Positions 39,688 through 52,047 of a DNA stretch of 64,000 nucleotides are shown here, in pieces. How positions within the stretch are numbered: position 1 is the stretch's first letter; the number at the start of each line of letters is the position of its first letter. The stretch covers positions 87,544,001-87,608,000 of the forward strand of contig OX597821.1 of NCBI GenBank assembly GCA_951406725.2, given 5' to 3'. The DNA is from Octopus vulgaris. Lineage: Eukaryota. A program made the position numbers and the translations under genes. The notes beneath the pieces were generated by a model. That model searched no databases. It had not been told where the DNA came from and was given only the letters and a program-made list of their open reading frames with translations.

Positions 39688-42374
39688 ACCATTATATTAT
39701 AATACTATTCGCCTTGAATATAAATTTCCTATATACAGTACTAATATACTATTATAATAATTACTCACCTTGAACTTAACTATTCCTGATTCTAGTATAG
39801 TATTAACATATACTTATGCGCATAACTCAAAATCCTGATGTGCTACAGGAATTCCGAGTTCAGATTCGGAATCAGCGTACTCGATTTAGTTTATTACAGC
39901 ACCATGTGTCCAGGTAGCAGACAATAAATATTTTTTTGCTGCCCAGTGTAATACACATGTGTTCTGCACCCGCGATACTTTAAGTGATGTGACTCTGATC
40001 GAACTGTTATCAAATAGATATATGTGTGTATGTCTCTGTATATACATAGATGCACACACGCATACAAACATTCCTACATACATGCTTATGTATTTGTATA
40101 TATATTTATGTATGTGCATACTTATACATGCACCCATATACACACACCAACACACAGATATATATATACGCATACATATATTCTTATGCTTCCACACATG
40201 TTTCTATTAGAATGCCAGCTTTCTTCACATGGGTGTCTTGTTTTCAATATGCATATCACATGAGCATCTTTCTGGTCATATTCCAATATTGCTGATGTAC
40301 AATATATTGTTCTGAGGCACGGGAAATGATTTTGTTGTTTGTTGAGCGAAGCAGTCTTCGTCCCGTCTGTAGTGGATGAAGTCCGAAACGTGGTCCTTTG
40401 CTATTCGTAAGATCCGCAGAAGAGAAAGCAGGTCAACCCCCGACACCGAGGGCATCGACGGATGGATGAATGCGCATCCAGGCTCAGCGGTTGCGTAGGA
40501 AGTCGGGAATGTGGTTGCTGTTCAGTTTCAGTCTATTTCTGATTGAACTATCCTGTCTTTATTGTTGCTGCTTAGTCCATTGTCAGCCTTTCCTCAACAG
40601 ACCTACAGTTGTTGTTGCCGCTCAGCTCTAGGTTGTCTCTGCTCGACTCGATCTATCGTTATTATTGTTTAAACTCTCGTCATACTAGACCACGCAGAAT
40701 TATGGCTGTTGTTGTAGTTGTTGAAGTCCCAGATGAAACGTAACTGATAAATCTTGTTTCTGTTTATCTTCAGTTCAGCCTGAGTATGCAGCGTTCCAAC
40801 CATGACCACTCTGTCCTTCATCTTTGACTGGAATATGTTGTAATGATGGTATTTTTTTTATAGGAAGTCGAACGACCATGTGGAGGGTTCATCTTTTGGT
40901 TCGTTACCTCGAGAAAAGTACTTAGAATAGTCAGTAAATCAGCTCAAAATATTACCAGGCTCTAAAAATTTATGCATTTTTAATTACCCCCAACCTTTTT
41001 CTCACCAATTGCGTTTCTACTTAAAAGGAAGAAAAGAATGTCGCTAAAAAAAGAACACTACACGAAAAAAAAATGCAAAACGAAATCAAACGAGAGTTAT
41101 CAAATATTATAGCTAACAGATTGGTGTAATTAATATCGGAAGTAGTATATATACGGATTTGTTGAAAACATGATATGACCATTGCAAGTTTCATGTATGA
41201 CTGCTTTAACTACGAAAATATCACTCATGCAACACGCCATGGGTTGGCTATATTCAGGTGTCTTGCTGCTCAACGTCATGTGGTTTCGCTGCACGAAGCG
41301 TTTCCCATATCATCGATACTTCCGTCATGAACTCGCCATTAAGATCTGATACATATTATAGCTTAAACACTAAACCGTATGTGGTAGTATGAAGTACAGA
41401 GGAAGCTGCTACGCAGTCATTTCATTCACTAGAGACAGCAGACAAATTTCTCTGAAATCAAATCCACGACGCATACAAAGAAGAAAGCGTTAACGAATGC
41501 AGTGCCAGATATCACTAAAAACAACATATAGTAATAAGTGAATTGTTTCTGGTCATCGGTCTACTCAATAATTGCTGACCAGACATGATACAAAGGCAAC
41601 AGCAACACTAACTGTATGTGGTAGTAGTCTAGACTGTTGTAAAGAGACTGGAACCTGTCTTATTTATTCACTGTATAAAGCATGTACAACATTACGAGCG
41701 TTTGTAATAACTTGGAAATAAACTACAAACTGATCATTTATTCAAAATACATGCATTTATGAATTCGTTAATAAGTCGTTACTCAATCCTTGGTTAATCC
41801 TTAATCCAACAGTTATGTCCAAAGTCTTTCTAACCTCAACAATCCCTTCTGTTTTTAGATTTGTGTATAGGACTATATTATCAAATATAGCTTTCAATTT
41901 AAAAAAAATAATAAGTACAATTTGAGGGAAATTTGGGTAAGTTTATTGATAGAACAAGCATCTTCTAGGGGCGCCCAATAGTTCGTGGACTTTCAGATGT
42001 GGCCGAGTATTTAGTGTAACATAAAAGCAATCGAGGGTTTAAAATTTCCTGTTCCCTTATTGTCTGGGTCCACCTATCAAATAGCTAAAGTGAACTGTGA
42101 AGTTCGGTGATTTGGTTTACAAGATTACGTACCGTTCCGATCGCAGAAAAGAAATTTGAATGCAACACTAACATATCTAATGTTGCTACCTAAAAACGTT
42201 AATGTCCCATCATTTCACTATTCTTACAACAATTGTTAAACATCGTTGTTAAACATCATGCCAATATAAGTGAGGCCAACGTGAAACAAGGTGAACGTTC
42301 TGTCCTTGGTACACAAGAGCAGAGAGAAAAGAATATCGAGAAGAGGAATAAGATTGACACAGAGTCCTAATTTA

Positions 42375-42581
42375 TTTACTCTTTTACTTGTTTCAGTCAT
42401 TTGAGTGCGGCCATGCTGGAGCACCGCCTTTAGTCGAGCAAATCGACCCCGGGACTTATACTTTGTAAGCCCTAGTACTTATTCTATCGGTCTCTTTTTG
42501 CTGAACTGCTAGGTGACGGGGACGTATACACACCAGCATCGGTTGTCAAGCAATGCTAGGGGGACAAACACAGACACACAA

Positions 42582-42669
<88 letters not shown>

Positions 42670-42767
42670 TTGTGTGTCTGTGTTTGTCCCCTAGCATTGC
42701 TTGACAACCGATGCTGGTGTGTATACGTCCCCGTCACCTAGCAGTTCGGCAAAAGAAGCCCGTCGTA

Positions 42768-42827
<60 letters not shown>

Positions 42828-42987
42828 TACGACGGGCTTCTTTCAGTTTCCGTCTACCAAATCCACTCACAAGGCTTTGGTCGGCCCGGGGCTATAGCAG
42901 AAGACATTTGCCCAAGATGCCACGCAGTGGGACTGAACCCGGAACCATGTGGTTGGTTAGCAAGCTACTTACCACACAGCCACTCCT
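42375..42987 (-). mobile_element. SINE family A with an internal inverted duplication
   Basis: Both halves are present on the minus strand, separated by a plus-orientation copy of the sequences flanking the microsatellite. Confidence 0.9.
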
Positions 42988-43134
42988 ATATCATTTTAGC
43001 TTTTTAGTAGCCCCAGCTCATCTGTGTGAATACTGTTGACCAAAGTTTTACGAGAGAAACTTAACGGGAGATACTGTACGGAAGATGGGTGGGCGGATCA
43101 CTCCTGGCCGTGGTGGTAGTCTTCATGTCCGTTA

Positions 43135-43315
43135 AGTTCACCGTCATCAGTTCGTCACAGGGAAAATTCTCTGTCATCAATTCACAGTACTTTTTAAAAA
43201 AAATTAGATAGTTTTTTAACTACTAATAGTGAGATATTATATATATATTTTCTCGGTAAACTTTCCTCGGAGTGAACTTTCTTCAGGTGAATTGTTGGCG
43301 GTGAACTTACCTGTA
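43135..43315. mobile_element. Degenerate MITE with periodic subterminal repeats
   Basis: aagttcaccgtcatcagttc pairs with gaattgttggcggtgaactt; gtgaa(c/t)t repeats at ~15-bp spacing. Confidence 0.45.
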
Positions 43316-43335
43316 ATCGGTAGTCTGAACCTATT

Positions 43336-43577
43336 TAAGGCGGTGAGCTGGCAGAAACGTTAGCACGCCGAGCGAAATGCGTAGCCATATTTCATCTGTC
43401 GTTATGTTCTGAGTTCAAATTCCGCCGAGGTCGACTTCGCCTTTCATCCTTTCGGGGTCGATTAAATAAGTACCAGTTACGCACTGGGGTCGATATAATC
43501 GACTTAATCCGTTTGCCTGTCCTTGTTTGTCCTCTCTGTGTTTAGCCCCTTGTGAGTAGTAAAGAAAGGTAGTAAAC
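43336..43577 (+). mobile_element. SINE family C monomer with TSD
   Basis: 16-bp TSD gtagtctgaacctatt at 43320-43335 and 43578-43593. Confidence 0.92.
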
Positions 43578-44220
43578 GTAGTCTGAACCTATTGTTTATC
43601 TGAAATTCACTGCATGAGTCACGAATGTAGTTAACGGAATCCACTGTGTCGCAAGTATTCGATCAAATTCTTAGAATGTCGCATAACACCTTCTTCCCTC
43701 CAGTCTCATAAAGTCTAAAAAATGCCACGGGCCCTGCTCTTCTTTCGCTAACAAAGCTATAAACTAACGTGTGTTTTAGAAAGAATACAGTGCAACGTTG
43801 GTAACACGATGCGAAATGAGTATTCTTGTCTACAGCAGTACACTCTAACGATTTGACCAACTTCCACACTTTTTCTATAGGTAGTAGCATTTGTTTAAAA
43901 AAAGAAAAATCCCTGGACCGTGCGATATTGTCCAAGAGAGCGCTGCTGGTATTAAAGCGGTATTTCTGAATATCTCTCAAGGGATCGTTCCAACATCGAT
44001 TATTCACAGAGGTAGTCTTTTGTTCTTTGTCTTGTCAAAGACGCTGCTTCACAGTTGAATTATCATGGTGATTTTAGGCCATCTAAGATACTTTCTGTAG
44101 TTCAGCTCTTTTGTTTTGCTTACAGCAAACCATTGTTACGAACATCTATGAATCAGAAGAGATAACATAGACGAATATATATACAAACATATATACATAT
44201 GTGAATATATGCATAAATAC

Positions 44221-44290
<70 letters not shown>

Positions 44291-44315
44291 GTGTGTATAT
44301 ATATAAATATATATA

Positions 44316-44363
<48 letters not shown>

Positions 44364-44369
44364 TACGTG

Positions 44370-44433
<64 letters not shown>

Positions 44434-44707
44434 CATGTATATATAGATGTAAATGTACATCCACATTACTCCCCGGCTCTCCCACTCACTCTGTCCCTCT
44501 CTTTCTTGCTATATATGCATTCATACTCACACACGCACGTACGCACGCACACACAGACGTACACACACACACACTTATCGCAATGTACGAATCGTGAAAT
44601 AAGTTAAAGTAAATTTTGCACTGTACAAGTAGAGGACTCAATACACTGGATACAGAGGATATCTTTATTGTATAAAATTTGACAATGTAATCTGTATATT
44701 TAGATAC

Positions 44708-44748
<41 letters not shown>

Positions 44749-44778
44749 GATTATTGCGGCGTACGTACTCCTTATTCT

Positions 44779-44816
<38 letters not shown>

Positions 44817-44835
44817 GATACATACATATATACAT

Positions 44836-44875
<40 letters not shown>

Positions 44876-44907
44876 ATTCAACTATAAGTGTCACTAAATA
44901 TGGCTAT

Positions 44908-44975
44908 GGTGTTAGAAACACCTACATTGCGCTAAACACCTGAATTACTAGAGCACTGCAGGTGTTTCTAACACC
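44908..44975. repeat. 68-bp hairpin (mini-MITE candidate)
   Basis: ggtgttagaaacacctacattgcgcta / tagagcactgcaggtgtttctaacacc: 27-bp arms with 3 mismatches, TA nearby on both sides. Confidence 0.7.
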
Positions 44976-45132
44976 CTAAACATATTTCCTCTTTTGGTAA
45001 AACATTGCACACTTCTGTCTATATTGATTTATACATATATTCATACGAATATAGCTACATGCATATATATATTTATATATAGATAGATAGGTACATAGCT
45101 TGATAGACATATAGATATAAACATGTCTGTGC

Positions 45133-45165
<33 letters not shown>

Positions 45166-45194
45166 ATGTATATACACCTCGTAGAAGCAAATTT

Positions 45195-45425
45195 CATGTG
45201 TTCCCACTCGTTTTTGTCATGGAGCAGCTCTAGGTTTTTGCAAATTACCCAGTGAATATACTGTGTTGCTCTATCATGCCTGTTGAGATACTCTGTAGGC
45301 ACAAGAAGACTGCACATGGAGACAACATAATATGTTGGCCTGGTAGTGCCTTGTAGGTAGGCATTGATCTTGGGCTGCTATGATAAACCCTAACCGTTGA
45401 TGGGTAAGGGCTTTGTCAACATCTG
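45195..45425 (-). mobile_element. R4/Dong-type (restriction-like endonuclease) LINE fragment
   Basis: CSLLVPTEYLNRHDRATQYIHWVICK...EWEH matches the post-zinc-knuckle YxxRHD region of RLE LINEs; next to (TTA)n at 45447-45500. Confidence 0.7.
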
Positions 45426-45444
45426 CATTATTAGCTATCTTTGG

Positions 45445-45502
<58 letters not shown>

Positions 45503-47783
45503 ACTTTAATGTAATTACCTACCTGAAATTGAGATATTATCAAGTTGGTGTTTATGGTTCACATAGAAATAGCCAGTGTATGATATAAGTCCTGACTGAA
45601 ATGAATTATATAAATGAGATATACGGTGTTACTCAGATGACTACAACTTAGTATATATTTTGTTTACATTAATAAACACTTATAAATTAAGTAAAAACCA
45701 CAACAGATGCAAAATGGGTAAATAAATGAGCAATTAATTTTCAAAAATACATCACTGATTAAATGCATTCCATGCATGTTTTCTATTGATGAGGTTAGAG
45801 GTAAACCTATTCTGTAGTAGGGTATAGTGCATAAATGTTTTAATGTAATATCTAATATATTTGATATTTTATATATAAATAAACAAGACCGTAAAGGAAA
45901 AATTTGAGAAATAAAATTTGTAATTTAACTGAGAGAGTAATGTAATGTAAAATAAAACTGTGATTAGTAAATTCAGTGGAGAGGAAAGAAAGGAAAACGG
46001 AAACTTTAATTGAAATATCAAGCATTGAAGAAACAAACGTGAAAATTTGAAAAATATTTTAAAAATATACGATAATAGGTAATAATTTATAAAAAATATA
46101 TGGGAAGCTATAGCAAGTTCTAGCGAATAATAGATTAGTTAATTACTAGATTATTAAGTAAATAAATTATGGGTTAATTAAAAAAATTTAATTTAAAAAT
46201 TGATGGGAAGTAAATAAAATTAAGTTACGTAATTGAAGTCAATATTATGTGTTTATAGTTAAATTAAAGTAAAAATAAATTAAAGTAAAAATAAAATAAA
46301 GTAAAAATATAGTGGGATAGAACATGAAAGGTAAAAGGATTAACGATAACGAAAAAAAGTCTACATATTTGTTAATTAAAAGAGAAGGGCTTAAAAATAT
46401 TTCATAAAATTTCAGAGAAAGGAGTATTAAGGCATTGCAAAAGATTCTTATTCAACGTGATGGCATTAGCCGTTAATATTGGAGCATGAAAATGAACAAA
46501 AAGTCTTAAAGCGTAAGAGTGAATGAAGACAGAAAATAGAAAAGGCAAAATTAGGTTGATGTTTAAAATAAAAGAAATAATTTAAAATAAGTATGAAAAG
46601 TAGTTAAAGTTGGGGGTTTTGTAGTAAGCCACTAGAAATTGTTAGAAATTGTAAGATAAATAAAAATCTAAATAAGATATAAAAATTTAATTTAGAAGTT
46701 GCAGAAATTAGGCCTATACATACATGCATACATACATACATACATACATACATACATACATACATACATACATACATACATACATACATACATACATGTA
46801 TGCATACATACATAGATACATACATACGTACATATATACGTACATGTATATATATGCATATACATACATGTACACACACACACAGACAAAACTCTTTCTA
46901 TGTTGAATTAAATAAAAATATGACTACTAAAGTGGCTACAAGTACCTTAAGTGGAAGAATATACCAAGTCTTTTCTATTTATATAAATTTCGGTGTTTTG
47001 ATTCATGGAATTAATATACAAATAATTCTATTTGAAGCAATTTCCTAATAGTAAGGAACAGCTTAAGTGAAAATTAGTTAATTTGTGGATAGGTTACATA
47101 TTTAAAGAGAAATATTCCTGATTAAATTTTTAATAACGCTCTTAGAGTAGTTTCCAGCCCGTCAGACAGTTGAAAGAATTTAAAAGAGATTTAAAGCACC
47201 TTGTAGGTACCTGCGCATCCATTGGTCAGTTCAGGTCACATGGGTTTTTAGCCTATCAGAGCCACATTATCTTAAATTATATTTTTCGGTTCACGAGTTT
47301 TAGAAAAGATGTTGCCATCTTGCCGGCATTCAGCACAACCAGCTTGTTACTTTGGCTGCCGCACATGGCAGGGTAGGCAAGATTTTGGCTCGACCAGAAT
47401 GATGTCTAGTTAAATGATTGGTACCAACATCTGGCCTATTCTACAATGTGCAATATTCAGTGAAATACACGTACCACTTAATATATTATCATGCAGAATG
47501 TCAACTAAGTATTGCTAATATCCTGTCTGCAATACGTGAGATGATGTTGCATTGACAGCATAAAGAACCACGTATCTTGAATTGACTTGTGGAAGCCTAA
47601 ATACTATTAAGAAGCCAGTATAGATTTCTTTAAATTCTTTCTTCTCTGTAATCCAAACTTCTGACGAGCTGTCCCTGACTTTCGACCACAAATTAATGTG
47701 GGCTGAGTTAAAATGTTTTTAGATACAGGTAACTCCAACCAAGCGTGCTGAAAGTTACTTTCTTCCGTTTGTTCACATACTCA

Positions 47784-48087
<304 letters not shown>

Positions 48088-48314
48088 AACACACACACTC
48101 ACATTTATAAACCAAGATGATAGAATGAACAGGCTTTGATCATAAACCATAATTTTTTGTATGAATTCTGTGTACACTAACGGATTTCCACATGTATATC
48201 CAGTAAAAGAAGAATTCTTACTGTATGATAGCATATGATAACTGGTAACCGTAGAAAAGCTTTGAGGTCATTAACCAGTTGATATAAAGCAAACACACAC
48301 ACACATGTATGTGA

Positions 48315-48597
48315 AGGTGCGTGGCTTAGTGATTAGGGTATTCGGCTCACGATTGTAAGGTAGTGAGTTCAATTCTCAGCGACGCATTGTATCCTTGAGC
48401 AAGACACTTTATTTCACGTTACTCCAGTCCATACAGCTGTCAAAAATGAGTAGTACCTATATTTCAAAGGGCCGGCCTTGTCACACTCTGTTTCACGCTG
48501 AATCTCTCTAAGAACTACGTTAAGGGTACACGTGTCTGTGGAGTGCTCAGCCACTTGCACGTTAATTTCACGAGCAAGCAGTTCCGTTGATCGTATC
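48315..48597 (+). mobile_element. SINE family E
   Basis: tRNA-like head gtggcttagtgattaggg...gagttcaattc, core ccttgagcaagacactttatttcacgtt, B-type tail. Confidence 0.8.
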
Positions 48598-48650
48598 TGC
48601 TACATACATACATACATATGTACATACATACATACATACACACATACATA

Positions 48651-48729
<79 letters not shown>

Positions 48730-48732
<3 letters not shown>

Positions 48733-48856
48733 CGTAGGAGTGGTTGTGTGGTAGGAACCTTGCTTCCCAACCACATGGTTTGGATTTTACTATAGCCTCG
48801 GGCAGACCAAAGCCTGGTGAGTGGACTTGGTAAACGGAAACTGAAAGAAACCAGTC

Positions 48857-48904
<48 letters not shown>

Positions 48905-48938
48905 TACTAAGTAATTAAGGGTTACTAAGTAATACTAA

Positions 48939-48988
<50 letters not shown>

Positions 48989-49210
48989 TGTATGAATTTG
49001 TGTGTCGCTGCTTGTCCCACCCCCACCATCGTTTGACAACCGATGTCGATGTGCTTACATTCAGTAACTTAGTGGTTCAACAAAAGAGATCGACAGAATA
49101 AATACTAGGCTTACAAAGAATAAATCCTGGAGTCGATTTGTTCGAATAAAGACTGTGCTCCAGCATGAACGCAGTCAAATGACTGAAATAAAAGAATAAA
49201 AGGATAAAAG
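48730..49210 (+). mobile_element. SINE family A (diverged, internal deletion)
   Basis: Head, microsatellite and tail motifs are present. Confidence 0.8.
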
Positions 49211-49593
49211 AATATATATGCATATGTGTGTATGTATGTATATATGTACATGCACACATACGCGTGTGTATGTGTGTGTTTGTGTGGGTGAGTGGGTGCG
49301 TGGAAGGTGTGTATTGTCTATTGTATATAACGTCATTTGAGCGTTAAGTTTTGTTATTTCTGAATTTATGTATTTAAAAAAAACCTTTACGTCTGTGTTG
49401 CCCTCATAGCGAATGAAGAAGCCCACCTCCTCATCTTCCTCCTCATCATCATGTTTCCCCTCCTCAATTCATGCCAACAAGGGCGTCATGGTGACTCCGT
49501 CCCAGAATTAAGCAAAAGCTCGCTCGATCAATCAAAATTACCAGAATAAAGGAGTAAATAAACAGCCATACAAAGCAAAGTCTCAATGTACAT

Positions 49594-49657
<64 letters not shown>

Positions 49658-50160
49658 TCGCACACACTCACGCACACTAACAAACACACATCATCCATGA
49701 ACATGCAGACACATAGACACACAAAAACGTGTATAAAAGACTGCAGAAACTTTTACCCACATTCATATACATAGGGGTTGTACAGTTTTTCACAAAATAC
49801 CAGACAAATCCTGGTCCTCGCATACGGATACATACCCACATACACACACACACACACACTCGCACATATATGCGTACAAATACTGCTGTATTATCCATTA
49901 CCATGACACACAAACGTACACACATACATACACACTCAGACAAAACTAGAGAAATAATTACACATCGATTTGCACAACACACTGCATATTATTCATTCTC
50001 ACATTTTTCCATGCGATCGGCTTGAAAAATTGTTAGGATATTAAGTTATCTTCTTAACATGAAACCTATGATAGCCTTACTACGAAAATAAAGGTATTTT
50101 ATCCACCAATGCGGTATTGAACACTCATTCTCTTTGTTCGATATTTACGTACACACGCAC

Positions 50161-50220
<60 letters not shown>

Positions 50221-50511
50221 TTACGACATAAGTAAATAGACAACCCATTAAACATCGTTTAATGTTTATTTTAACTTGTAAAGGTTAATATTTTTTATTG
50301 ATATTTTTATATTTCGGGTTCTATATGTAACTGATTAATCATGCCATGTACATATAGTCCGGCATTTTATAATGTCTACATATAGTCCGGTATTTTCTGG
50401 GGGTCGATTCGTTCGACAAGGTGGTGCCTCAGCATGGTTGCAGTCTAATAAGTGAAACAAGCAAAAGGTAAAAAAAGATAAAAGCCACTCAAAATATTCT
50501 CGAAACACTCA

Positions 50512-50554
<43 letters not shown>

Positions 50555-51819
50555 CACACACACATACACACACACACATCTATATACACATTGTTTATTC
50601 AGAGTTTTTTAGTGTTTGATGTTACACACGTTGAGAGATACAAACACACATATACATCACCTAATGACACACTCGTCCGATCCGATCATGCAATCACACT
50701 TACAAATGCTAACGCGCACCTCACACTCTCACACACATTAATACACAAACGCATGCGCAAACTCATCACATACGTAGCACACACCGGGTTTCAAATGTGT
50801 GTCAACAACAGATGAGAATTTGTTAACAAAGTTTCCTTTAATACAGTACAGCTCTCCCCTCTTGTTATATTTAGTTTTATTTAATTTTCAACTTTTTAAC
50901 AGTTAATTGACATCTGCTTGATTATTTTTTGGCATTTATTCATTGTTGCTGCCCTCGTAAGGGCATTTCTCCCCTTTTTTTCTCTCTAAAATTAATTATT
51001 TTTTCCTTCTATTATCTTCATTCACTTTTCTTCTTATAACAAAATCCCTCATATAAACATGCGAACATTTTTCAATTAACAATTAATGATATTTTCGTGT
51101 TTGTAGTATTTCTCTTTGTATATATTTGTGTGTTTGTGTGTATATGTGTGACTATGTAATTGTAAGTGTATGTTAGTGTGTGTGTATGTATGTGTGTATG
51201 CGTGTGTGTTTATATATATGTAAGCATAGAATCGCGTGTACGAGTAGTTATCTATCATTCTTTAGTTCATTTTGTTTTAGCTCCGAGAGCTAAGACTGTG
51301 TTGGAGACTCATCTTCACACATACACAAACACACACATGTACACATACACTAACACACACGTGAGCGCACGCAGTTTCCTTTATTTGATGTTAGTCGTGT
51401 TTTCTTTATCGTATCAACATGTGATATCCTGTAATACGTGACACGTTTCTGTTGCAATGTTTAATAAGCTGACACAATAAAACAGTAACATCATTTTTAC
51501 TCCTTCAAGACAACTAATGTTGAAGCGAGGGAAAAAAAAGCAAAAAATTTTAATAGATGCTTTTGTCAGCAATCTAAAATCCATGTATTCATGAAAGCTA
51601 CAACATCCTTCCTGGCATAGGTACAAGGCCAGAAATATTTAGGAGGTTGCTAAGTCGAGTGCATCGACTCCACTGCTAGTAGCAGTAGTGTGAAATGTGT
51701 GTGAATGCGCTGTAACAGCACTTCGCTCCATCCACCATTTGTTGGTGATTCTCTACTCTTCTAGCGGATGACATCTTTGAGCCACTCAGGTGGCAACCCT
51801 CCAACTCGAGGGTATGCTT

Positions 51820-52047
51820 GGCGAGCTGGCAGAATCGTTAGCACGCCGGGCGAAATGCTTAGCAGTATTTCGTCTGCCACTACGTTCTGAGTTTAAATTC
51901 CGCCGAGGTCGACTTTGCCTTTCATCCTTTCGGGGTCGATTAAATAAGTACCAGTTACACACTGGGGTCGATATAATCGATTAATCCGTTTGTCTGTCCT
52001 TGTTTGTCCTCTCTGTGTTTAGCCCCTTATGGGTAGTAGAGAAATAG
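51820..52047 (+). mobile_element. SINE family C monomer
   Basis: Matches 43336-43577. Further degenerate minus-strand copies at ~52310-52445 and ~52530-52680. Confidence 0.9.

Larger units (their letters stand above)
37169..39948 (+). mobile_element. Full-length Chapaev3 (CMC) DNA transposon
   Basis: Termini CACTGGACAACAAA...TTTGCTGCCCAGTG, imperfect subterminal inverted repeats extending >100 bp, TAA TSD at 37166-37168 and 39949-39951, transposase relic inside. Confidence 0.9.

Noticed and set aside
40360-40400. gga(tgaag)tcc-GAAA-cgtgg-TC hammerhead-like half
   Set aside because: The first core box is poor and there is no stem I pairing.
43663-44007. 114-aa non-repetitive ORF on the minus strand
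   Set aside because: Non-ATG start, no recognisable motif, and length compatible with chance.
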